Below are positions 1 through 7,531 of a stretch of 64,000 bases of DNA, one piece after another. Made by a program: the position numbers and the translations under genes. This stretch comes from Candidatus Eiseniibacteriota bacterium (GTDB lineage Bacteria > Eisenbacteria > RBG-16-71-46), in NCBI GenBank assembly GCA_963707915.1, contig OY970178.1:2688001-2752000 (forward strand), in the 5' to 3' direction. Position 1 is the first letter of the stretch; every line of letters begins with the position of its first letter. Under the pieces are notes generated by a model. That model was given only the letters and a program-made list of their open reading frames with translations, was not told the origin of the DNA and made no database searches.

Positions 1-572
1 GTGACCACGCCGAGGATGCGGAAGTCCTGGTCGCCGGTCACCTGGATGGGCTGGTACTTCTCGTTCGCCGGCACCAGCTCGATCCTGCCATTCCGAGGCT
101 GGTAGTACTTGACCGTGGCCTCGTCGCCGATCAGGGCCACGACCATCGCGCCGGGCTTCGCCTGGTCCCGCTGCCGCACGATGACCACGTCGCCCTCGAG
201 GATGCCGGCGTCCACCATGCTGTCTCCCCGCACCCGCAGGGCGAACAAGTCGCCGGAGTCGCCGAACACCTGGCCCAGCTCGAGGCGGTCCTCGATGCAC
301 TCCTCGGCCAGGATGGGCTGGCCCGCGGCGACGCGGCCGAGCAGCGGGATGCCGGCGGCCTGCCCGACCGAGGCCAGGCTGCAGCCGCGCGAGACTCCGC
401 CGCGGTGCTTCAGGTAGCCGGCCTTCTCGAGCATGCTCAGGTAGTAACGGACCCCGTTGGTCGAAGAGATGCCGAAGGCCTTCCCGATCTCGCGGATCGT
501 GGGGGGCATGTCGTGCTTGTGCTGGAAGCTCCGGATGTAGGACAGGATCTCTCGCGCTCGGTCGTTCAACAT
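1..572 (-). CDS. lexA: SOS repressor LexA (3' end runs off the window)
   Basis: Manual minus-strand translation: MLNDRAREILSYI...PPTIREIG...SSTNGVRYYLSMLEKAGYL (winged HTH), LGRVAAGQP (Ala-Gly cleavage site), LFALRVRGDSMVDAGILEGD (catalytic Ser), EATVKY (catalytic Lys). GGAGG RBS upstream. Confidence 0.96.
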   Translation of the reverse strand, partial: MLNDRAREILSYIRSFQHKHDMPPTIREIGKAFGISSTNGVRYYLSMLEKAGYLKHRGGVSRGCSLASVGQAAGIPLLGRVAAGQPILAEECIEDRLELGQVFGDSGDLFALRVRGDSMVDAGILEGDVVIVRQRDQAKPGAMVVALIGDEATVKYYQPRNGRIELVPANEKYQPIQVTGDQDFRILGVV

Positions 573-621
573 GACTCGCGCCTCCGGTTGGCCTCGTCCA
601 CCATGGACGTCGACGCACGGC

Positions 622-651
622 AACGTACTGCACAAGCGTGCAGTATGTCAA
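622..651 (-). promoter_or_regulatory. sigma70-type promoter of lexA
   Basis: Minus strand TTGACA (651-646), 18-bp spacer, TACGTT (627-622). Confidence 0.7.
626..645. promoter_or_regulatory. Putative LexA operator, palindrome TACTGCAC-AAGC-GTGCAGTA
   Basis: Perfect 8-bp inverted repeat with 4-bp spacer, 54 bp upstream of the lexA start and within its predicted promoter. The core matches the TGCNC-N4-GTGCA box described for Fibrobacter LexA. Confidence 0.85.
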
Positions 652-1169
652 GGGTCGAATTTCCGCCCGGAATCAGCGGGAAAGTCGGCGATCCCGTGCA
701 CGGTGGCGACGCCCCGTGCCTCCCGGCGACGGCACGCCGAAGCGCAGCGCGCACCGGGCCGGGGACGTCCATCGGCGGACGCGAGGTGGCACGGCGTGGA
801 CGGTCGCCCTCGGTGGACGTCCGCGCACCGGACGCTGCCATGGCGTCCGCACCCGCGAAAGACGCGGGTTCGCGCATCCTCCCCGCCCGGTCCGCGTGTT
901 GGTCCGCGCCTTGCGATGCGTCGAGGCCGAGGTCGCAAGACCTCTGCAAGAGAAGCGGGGAGCGGGGGCCGGACCCGTGGAGGTTGGCCGCAATCGGGGG
1001 CCGGTCGGCTGAAGCGGTCCGCCCCGCCACCTCGTGGATCGAGCAGGACGCGCCGGCCCGGCACCACCTGACCGTGGAGCCGGGCTCCGTCCTTTCCTGG
1101 TGACGGCCCGGACCACCCGGAACTCGTTGGTGCCGTGACGGATGGCCCGGCCGTCCAACCGCTCGAGCC

Positions 1170-1196
1170 TCAAGTCGCCAGAGCGCCTACCGACAC
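1170..1196 (+). promoter_or_regulatory. Putative sigma28-type promoter of the pilin operon
   Basis: TCAAG-N14-ACCGACAC, 75 bp before the pilin ATG. Same geometry as the motif at 44529. Confidence 0.45.
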
Positions 1197-1271
1197 TACT
1201 ACGAGCAGGATTCGCGATCGCGCACCTCAGGCGATCCCGGGCAGGGGGACGGTCCCCAGTTGGAGGGCACG

Positions 1272-1805
1272 ATGAACAGGTACAAGAGCTTCGTCATTCC
1301 CGTGCTGGGCGCGTTGCTCGCCCTGCTCGTGACGTCCACGGTGGCGATGGCCCAGCAGGACAACGCCACCGCGTCGGCGACGCCCGCCGGCGCGACGATC
1401 GCCGCCGCGATCACCATCGTACACACCGCCCACCTGCACTTCGGGCAGATCGTCGCCGGGGTGGGCGCGGGCACCGTGGAGCAGACGGCGGCCGCCAGCC
1501 CCACGCGCACCGCGACGGGCTGCACGCTCGGCAACACGACGGGCATGTCCCCCGCGACGTTCACCGTCGGGGGCGAGCCCAGCGCCACCTACGCCATCAC
1601 GCTGCCCGGCGACAGCGACGTGACGCTCACCGGGCCCGGCGATCCGATGGCCATCACCGCCTTCACCAGCAGTCCCAGTGGCACCGGTACGCTGAGTGGC
1701 GGAGGTACGCAGACGCTCTACGTGGGCGGCACGCTGAACGTGGGTGCGGCCCAGGTGGCGGGCGCGTACACCGGCACGTTCGATGTGACCGTGACGTACA
1801 ACTAG
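1272..1805 (+). CDS. DUF4402 / spore-coat-U-like secreted pilin subunit
   Basis: Signal peptide (AMA-QQD), LHFGQI motif, LYVGGTLNV, pilin-like C-terminus GAYTGTFDVTVTYN. GGAGG RBS. Confidence 0.8.
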   Translation: MNRYKSFVIPVLGALLALLVTSTVAMAQQDNATASATPAGATIAAAITIVHTAHLHFGQIVAGVGAGTVEQTAAASPTRTATGCTLGNTTGMSPATFTVGGEPSATYAITLPGDSDVTLTGPGDPMAITAFTSSPSGTGTLSGGGTQTLYVGGTLNVGAAQVAGAYTGTFDVTVTYN

Positions 1806-1867
1806 CAGAGGAGACCGCCGCGCGGCCGCTCTCGGGCGGCTGCGCGCAACGGCCGTCTGGGCTTGAC

Positions 1868-2833
1868 ATGATGTCAGCCAGCAGCACGAGGCCCGGCCGG
1901 TACGCTGCAGCGATCCTGACGTGCATCGTGGGGATCGCGATGGCGACCGGCGCCTCGGGCGGATCCCAGGACGGGACGGAGGACGCCGCGGCAAGGACAG
2001 CCGCGGCCTTCTCCGATTCGGCGTTGTCCGTCGAACCGGCCACGCCCGCCGCCCCTGTGGTCCCCACGCTCGGCGGCCTGCTCGTGGCCCCGACGCGGCT
2101 GGTGTTCGAGGGCCGCCAGCGGACCGGCCAGCTGACGCTGGTCAACACCGGCACCCGGGACGCCACCTACCGCATCAGCCTCATCCGTCTTCGCATGACG
2201 GACGCCGGGGCCTTCCGCGAGGTGCAGGAGCCCGACAGCGCCGAGCAGTTCGCCGACACCCTGGTCCGCTTCTCGCCGCGCCGCGTCGAGTTGCCGCCCG
2301 GGACGCCGCAGACCGTGCGCCTGCAACTCCGCCTGCCGGCCGACCTGCCGCCGGGCGAGTACCGCTCGCACCTGCTCTTCCGCGCCGTCCCGGTCGACGC
2401 CCCGGAGGACTCGGTGAGCCCCGAGCCGGTCAAGGACCTGCAGTTGACGCTGCGCGCGGTGTACGGAGTGTCCATCCCCATCATCGTGCGTCACGGCGAG
2501 CTGACGGCGGGGGTGAGCCTCTCCGATGCGCGGGTCGAGTCGGTGCCGGGCGCGGAGCCGCCGACGCGGCTGGCGGTGACGCTCCACCGCAGCGGCGACC
2601 GCTCGGTGTACGGCGACCTCACCGCCGTGCTGGTGCGCGACGGCCAGCCCGACGTGGTGGTCGGCGTGGCCCGGGGGCTCGCGGTGTACACGCCGAACTC
2701 CCTGCGGACCTGCCTGCTGCCGCTGCGGCTGCCACCTTCCCTCGATCCGCGCGCGCGGCTGCGCGTGCGCTTCGATTCGGCGCCCGGGACCGGCGAGATC
2801 CCGCCCGCCGAGGCCAGTGTTGCCTTGCGCTGA
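1868..2833 (+). CDS. PapD-like periplasmic pilus chaperone
   Basis: LLVAPTRLVFEG...LTLVNTG...FSPRRVELPPGTPQTVRL...GEYRSHLLF...SIPIIVR; N-terminal hydrophobic signal; follows the pilin. Confidence 0.8.
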   Translation: MMSASSTRPGRYAAAILTCIVGIAMATGASGGSQDGTEDAAARTAAAFSDSALSVEPATPAAPVVPTLGGLLVAPTRLVFEGRQRTGQLTLVNTGTRDATYRISLIRLRMTDAGAFREVQEPDSAEQFADTLVRFSPRRVELPPGTPQTVRLQLRLPADLPPGEYRSHLLFRAVPVDAPEDSVSPEPVKDLQLTLRAVYGVSIPIIVRHGELTAGVSLSDARVESVPGAEPPTRLAVTLHRSGDRSVYGDLTAVLVRDGQPDVVVGVARGLAVYTPNSLRTCLLPLRLPPSLDPRARLRVRFDSAPGTGEIPPAEASVALR

Positions 2834-5800
2834 GTCCGCGACCGGGGCCGACCGCGGGCCCGGGCGCGCGACGCGTGCCCGCGACCGGTCCGGGCCGCCC
2901 CTCCTCCGCCAGGTCCTCGGGGTGTGCCTGGCCGCGGCGACGCTGTTCGCGGCGCCGTCCGGGCCGCGGGCCGCCGAGAGCGAGCTCGCCTTCGACGACG
3001 CGCGGGGCGTGGAGTTCACGCTGCTCGGGGTGCGGTTGGGCGGCATGGTGCTGAGCGAGGCCATGCCCTGCTACCAGACCGACGAAGGCACGCTCGTGCC
3101 GCTCGGCGCCCTCTCCGAGTTGCTCGGCCTGGCGATCGAGGTGGACCCGGCGCGCGGCGTGGCCGAGGGCTTCTTCATCCGCGAGGGCCGGCGTTTCGTG
3201 CTCGACACGCGCGCGCGGAGCGTGCGCGTCGAAGGCCGCGAACTGACCTACGACCCGCTGCGGATCCGGCCGGCGCGGCAGGACATCCTGGTGGAGACCG
3301 GGCTGCTGGCGACGTGGCTGCCGCTCGACCTGGCCGTGGAGCCCTACGACGGGATGCTGCGCGTGCGCCCACGCGAGACGCTGCCGCTGCAGCAGCGCTG
3401 GGAGCGGCAGCAGCGCCTCGGGCAGGGCCGGGAGCGCGTCGGCGCGTGGGCCCCGGCCGGGCCGCTCGCGCCGACCCCGCGCACCCTGTGGGACATGCCG
3501 TTCACCGACCAGACGCTCACCATCGGCAGCTCGCCGTCGGGCGCGCCCGCCGACCGGCTCTCGGTGCGGCACACCGCCTACCTGGTGACCGAGTTGCTCT
3601 ACAACGAGGTCGCGGCGCGGATGACCCAGGGCACCGGCACCGAGGGCATGGACCTGCACGCGCGCGCCGCACGCCGCGACCCGGACGGCGTCCTGCTCGG
3701 CCCGCTGCACGCGCGCGAGGTCGCCGGCGGCGAGATCGTCTTCCCGGGGCAGGACCTGGTGGCGCGGCCGGTCACCGGCGACGGCGTGATCGTCAGCAAC
3801 TTCCCGCTCTCGCAGCCGACCCAGTTCGACCAGCACACCTTCCAGGGCAGCCTGCCGCCCGGGTGGGAAGTGGAGCTCTATCGCAACGGCGCCATCATCG
3901 CCTACCAGCCGGCCGACGCCCGCGGCACCTACGCGTTCGAGAACGTCCCCCTGCTCTACGGGCGGAACGCGTTCCGGCGCGTGTTCTACGGCCCGCAGGG
4001 ACAGCGGCGCACCGAGAACGACGTGTTCGAGGTCGGCCGCGACCTCACGCCGCCGGGCCAGTCCCGGTACCGCATCGCCGCGTCGGGTGCCGGGAGCGAG
4101 CGGGAGCGCTCGATCGTCGAGTGGAGCCGCGGCCTCTCGAACCGGGTGTCGACCGGGGTGAACCTGGCGTCCCTCCGGCTCGGCGGCGCGACGCACCGCT
4201 ACGGAATGGCGGGGCTGAGCCTGCTCACCGGGCGCGTGCTCGGGCGCCTGTCGCTCGGTGGCGACGCCTCCGGCGGCCGCGTCGCCAGCGGCGACGTGCA
4301 GACGCGGCGCGCGGGGGTCGGGGTCCGCCTGCGGCACACGCGGGCCGACGGGTTCCACAGCGAGACGCTCAACGACGTCGCCCGCCGGCGCGAGATCAGC
4401 GCGTTGCGCGTGGACGCGGTGCTGCACCCGCCGCTGCTGCCGCGGCTCCCGCTGGTCGTGGAGTTCACGCACGACCGCGCGGACCGCACCGACGTCGCGG
4501 ACCAGGTGGTGGGACGGCTGGCCGGCTCGACCCGCGGGCTGTCGGTCTCGAACCAGGCCACCTGGATGCGCACGCGGAGCGCGGCGCAGCCGATGCGCGA
4601 GCGGGCCTCGGGCCAGCTGCTGGTCAACCGCCGCATGCGGCACCTCTCGCTCCGCGGCGAGCTGGAGTACCGCCTGGTCGGCCTGGATGACCCGGGCGCG
4701 GCGGCGCTGGTCGCCGACGTGCCCACCGGTCGCAACGCCCTGCTGAGCGCCAGCGTGCGGCGCGAGCTCGACTCGCGCCGGCTGTGCTACCAGGCCGGCT
4801 ACCAGCGCTCGGAGGGCCGGCTCGGCGTCGGCGTGCAGGGCAGCTTCATCCCGGGCGTCGGCCTCGCGTGCAACGTGCAGTTCACGCTCGGGCTCAACCG
4901 CGAACCGCGGGCGGGGACGTGGGCGCCGCACGCGCGGCCGGTCGCGGACGCCGGCGCGGTGTCGGCGGGCGTGTTCCTCGACCTGAACGGCAACGGCATC
5001 ATGGACGCGGGCGAGACCCCGATCGCGGACGCGGACCTGCTGCTGGAGAACGCCTCGGACCTGGGGCGCACCGACAGCGCCGGCGTGGCGTTCGTGAGCA
5101 ACCTGGCCGGGGACCGGCCCATGAACCTGAACGTCGCCGCGGCGTCGCTCGCGGACCCGCAGTGGATCCTCGAGCCCGCGGCGGTGCAGATCGTGCCGCG
5201 CGCCGGCAAGGTGTCGCGGGTGGACTTCGCCGTGCTGCTCTCGGGCGAGGTGGCGGGCACTGTGCGCGCCCACAGCGCCGCCGGCGTGCTCCCGGCCGGG
5301 GGCGTCACCGTCGAGCTGGTGCCGGTGGACGCCACGCGCGCGGCCCGCGTCACGCGCAGCGACTACGACGGCTTCTACAACTTCGCCGAGCTGCGGCCCG
5401 GGTCCTACACGCTGCGCATCCCCGAGGCGGTGACGCAGCACCGCGGCCTCGCACGGGTGCGCGAGATCCCGGTGGTCATCGACCACAGCGGCCCCGTGCT
5501 GGACGGCGTGGACTTCCTGCTGGAGGCGCCGACCGCGGTGGCGGCCGCCGCTCCGGCGGACCTGTCCGCCGGGCCCGTCGCGATGTCCGCCGGGGCGGCG
5601 CCGGTCGCCACCGCGGCGCGAAGCGCCGGGCCGGTCACGATCGCGGCCGCGCCGGGCGCGACGCCCGCCGCCCCGGCCGCCGCCGCGCGGGCGGTGGCCC
5701 CCGCGCCCGCTCGCGAGCCGCGTCACGCCGGGCCCCCGCCCGCCGGGACGCGCCGCCAGGTGACGCTTGCGTCCGCGGCCGCGCACCCGCCGGCCGCGCG

Positions 5801-5969
5801 GCCGGCCATGGTCGCTCCGCGGCCCGGCAGGTCCGGGGCGAAGGCCGTCCTCGCGCCGGTCGCGCGCCCGGTCCCCGCGGCCCCGCCGGCGCGCCGCGAG
5901 GGCCTGCTCGAGATGCTCTTGCGCATCGTCAGGACCGCCGTGAAGCGCGTCTTCCACGCCGGCGGTTAG
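2817..5969 (+). CDS. Usher-like outer membrane protein with C-terminal Ig/carboxypeptidase-regulatory-like domains and Ala/Pro-rich tail (start uncertain)
   Basis: GSLPPGWEVELYRNG...GTYAFENVPLLYGRN...FYGPQG usher plug-like motif; VFLDLNGNGIMDAGE; DYDGFYNFAELRPGSYTL; operon context. Confidence 0.75.
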   Translation: MLPCAESATGADRGPGRATRARDRSGPPLLRQVLGVCLAAATLFAAPSGPRAAESELAFDDARGVEFTLLGVRLGGMVLSEAMPCYQTDEGTLVPLGALSELLGLAIEVDPARGVAEGFFIREGRRFVLDTRARSVRVEGRELTYDPLRIRPARQDILVETGLLATWLPLDLAVEPYDGMLRVRPRETLPLQQRWERQQRLGQGRERVGAWAPAGPLAPTPRTLWDMPFTDQTLTIGSSPSGAPADRLSVRHTAYLVTELLYNEVAARMTQGTGTEGMDLHARAARRDPDGVLLGPLHAREVAGGEIVFPGQDLVARPVTGDGVIVSNFPLSQPTQFDQHTFQGSLPPGWEVELYRNGAIIAYQPADARGTYAFENVPLLYGRNAFRRVFYGPQGQRRTENDVFEVGRDLTPPGQSRYRIAASGAGSERERSIVEWSRGLSNRVSTGVNLASLRLGGATHRYGMAGLSLLTGRVLGRLSLGGDASGGRVASGDVQTRRAGVGVRLRHTRADGFHSETLNDVARRREISALRVDAVLHPPLLPRLPLVVEFTHDRADRTDVADQVVGRLAGSTRGLSVSNQATWMRTRSAAQPMRERASGQLLVNRRMRHLSLRGELEYRLVGLDDPGAAALVADVPTGRNALLSASVRRELDSRRLCYQAGYQRSEGRLGVGVQGSFIPGVGLACNVQFTLGLNREPRAGTWAPHARPVADAGAVSAGVFLDLNGNGIMDAGETPIADADLLLENASDLGRTDSAGVAFVSNLAGDRPMNLNVAAASLADPQWILEPAAVQIVPRAGKVSRVDFAVLLSGEVAGTVRAHSAAGVLPAGGVTVELVPVDATRAARVTRSDYDGFYNFAELRPGSYTLRIPEAVTQHRGLARVREIPVVIDHSGPVLDGVDFLLEAPTAVAAAAPADLSAGPVAMSAGAAPVATAARSAGPVTIAAAPGATPAAPAAAARAVAPAPAREPRHAGPPPAGTRRQVTLASAAAHPPAARPAMVAPRPGRSGAKAVLAPVARPVPAAPPARREGLLEMLLRIVRTAVKRVFHAGG

Positions 5970-6008
5970 CGGCTGGGGGCCGGGCTCGGCTACTCTGCGG
6001 CCAGCGCC

Positions 6009-6929
6009 ATGAGCTCCGCCACCCCCTCCATCCGCCCGCTGGCCCGGCTGCGCACCTACGCCTCGTTCGTGCGCTTCGAGCACACGCTCTTCACCCTGCC
6101 GCTCATCCTGGCGGGCATCTTCAGCGCGCCCCGGCCGGCGATGGGCGCCGGGCGGTGGCTGCTGATCGCGCTCGCCGCGGTCGGGGCGCGCACCACCGCG
6201 ATGTCGCTCAACCGGCTCATCGACCGGCGGCTGGACGCGCTCAACCCGCGCACCCGGGTGCGCGAGCTGCCGAGCGGGAAGATGAAGCCGGCCGAGGCCT
6301 GGGGACTGCTGGCCGCGGCGCTGGCCGCGTACGCCGTGGCCTGCTGGGCGCTCGACCCGGCCGGGTTCCTCTACCTGAAGCTGGCGGCGATCCCCATCGT
6401 GGTCTTCACGCTCTACCCCTACGCGAAACGCTTCACGCCCTTCTGCCATCTCGGGGTCGGCGCCGGGATGGGGCTGGCCCCGGTCGCGGGCTACGTCGCG
6501 GCGCACCCGGACCTGGCGCACCCGTTCGCCGCGCTCTGGCTGGGCGCCTTCACGCTCGCGTGGGGGAGCGGCTTCGACATCATCTACTCGACCCTCGACG
6601 AGGAGTCCGACCGCGCGAACCGGGTGCGCTCGATGGTGGTGTGGCTCGGGCGCAGGCGTGCGCTCGAGGTCTCCGCGTGGCTGCACCGCGCCGCCCAGCT
6701 CTGCCTGGTGCCGATGATCGCGCAGGTGATGATCGCCGCCGGACAGCCCTTGTCGTCCTTCGCGGCGTTCCCGGCGTTCTTCGTCTGGGCGGGCGTCGGT
6801 GTGCTGCTGTACCTCGAGCAGAAGTGGGCGGAGGACGTGAACCTCGCCTTCTTCCAGGTGAACGTCTGGGTGAGCGCGGTGGTGCTCGCCCTGGTGCTGG
6901 TGACCCGCGCGACGGGCGGAGGCTTCTGA
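6009..6929 (+). CDS. ubiA: UbiA-family prenyltransferase, MqnP-like (futalosine menaquinone pathway)
   Basis: FEHTLFTLP, NRLIDRRLDALNPRT..RELPSG, YPYAKRFT, FDIIY; multi-TM; adjacent to ubiX and ubiD. Confidence 0.9.
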   Translation: MSSATPSIRPLARLRTYASFVRFEHTLFTLPLILAGIFSAPRPAMGAGRWLLIALAAVGARTTAMSLNRLIDRRLDALNPRTRVRELPSGKMKPAEAWGLLAAALAAYAVACWALDPAGFLYLKLAAIPIVVFTLYPYAKRFTPFCHLGVGAGMGLAPVAGYVAAHPDLAHPFAALWLGAFTLAWGSGFDIIYSTLDEESDRANRVRSMVVWLGRRRALEVSAWLHRAAQLCLVPMIAQVMIAAGQPLSSFAAFPAFFVWAGVGVLLYLEQKWAEDVNLAFFQVNVWVSAVVLALVLVTRATGGGF

Positions 6930-6930
6930 G

Positions 6931-7485
6931 ATGGCGCGTTACCTGATCGGCATGACCGGCGCCTCGGGCATCGTCCACGGCGTGGACTTCGTGCGCCGCT
7001 GCCCGGGCGAGAAGTTCCTGGTGCTCTCGGACTGGGCGAAGCACGTGCTGCGCGACGAGACCGGGCTCGCGCCCGCGGACCTCGCGCCGCACGTGAAGGG
7101 GACGTTCGCGGACACCGACCTGGCCGCGCCCTTCTCCTCGGGCAGCAACCGCTACGACGCCTTCGTCATCCTGCCCTGCACCGTCTCGACCATGTCGAAG
7201 ATCGCCGCCGGCATCGCCGACTCGCTCATCACCCGTGCGGCCGCCGTGGCGCTCAAGGAGCGCATGCGGCTGGTCGTCTGCGTGCGCGAGACGCCGCTCT
7301 CGGGCATCGCGCTCGAGAACCTGCTCAAGCTCTCGCGCGAGGGCGTCGTCGTGATGCCGGTCTCGCCGCCCTGGTACGGGCGGCCGCAGCAGCTGGACGA
7401 ACTGGTGAGCGGCTTCACCGACAAGCTGCTGGCCCTGCTGGGCGAGGCGGCCGGGTCCGCGTGGCGCGAGGAGGAGCTGGAGTGA
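6931..7485 (+). CDS. ubiX: Flavin prenyltransferase UbiX
   Basis: IGMTGASG, APFSSGS, PCTVSTMSKIAAGIADSLITRAA.VALKER, RETPL. Confidence 0.95.
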   Translation: MARYLIGMTGASGIVHGVDFVRRCPGEKFLVLSDWAKHVLRDETGLAPADLAPHVKGTFADTDLAAPFSSGSNRYDAFVILPCTVSTMSKIAAGIADSLITRAAAVALKERMRLVVCVRETPLSGIALENLLKLSREGVVVMPVSPPWYGRPQQLDELVSGFTDKLLALLGEAAGSAWREEELE

Positions 7486-7531
7486 GCCGGCCGCCCTGCG
7501 ACGCCGGCCGGCCCGCGCGCGGGCGGGCCGC

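Noticed and set aside
913..927. Identical 15-mer GCGATGCGTCGAGGC also at 15343-15357
   Set aside because: A single 15-bp match is expected by chance in 64 kb of high-GC DNA.
1100..1200. Possible c-di-GMP riboswitch before the pilin gene
   Set aside because: The 3' CTACCGA resembles the GEMM end, but the GGCAAAC, GAAA-loop and GACGCAAA core elements are missing. A sigma28-type promoter explains the segment better.
2619..6686. Very long antisense or alternative-frame ORFs (e.g. 2619-6686, 12269-16558, 26754-29417, 51201-54233, 59683-62214)
   Set aside because: Arg/Gly/Pro-rich with no motifs, and overlapping well-supported genes. They are shadows of GC3-biased codon usage.
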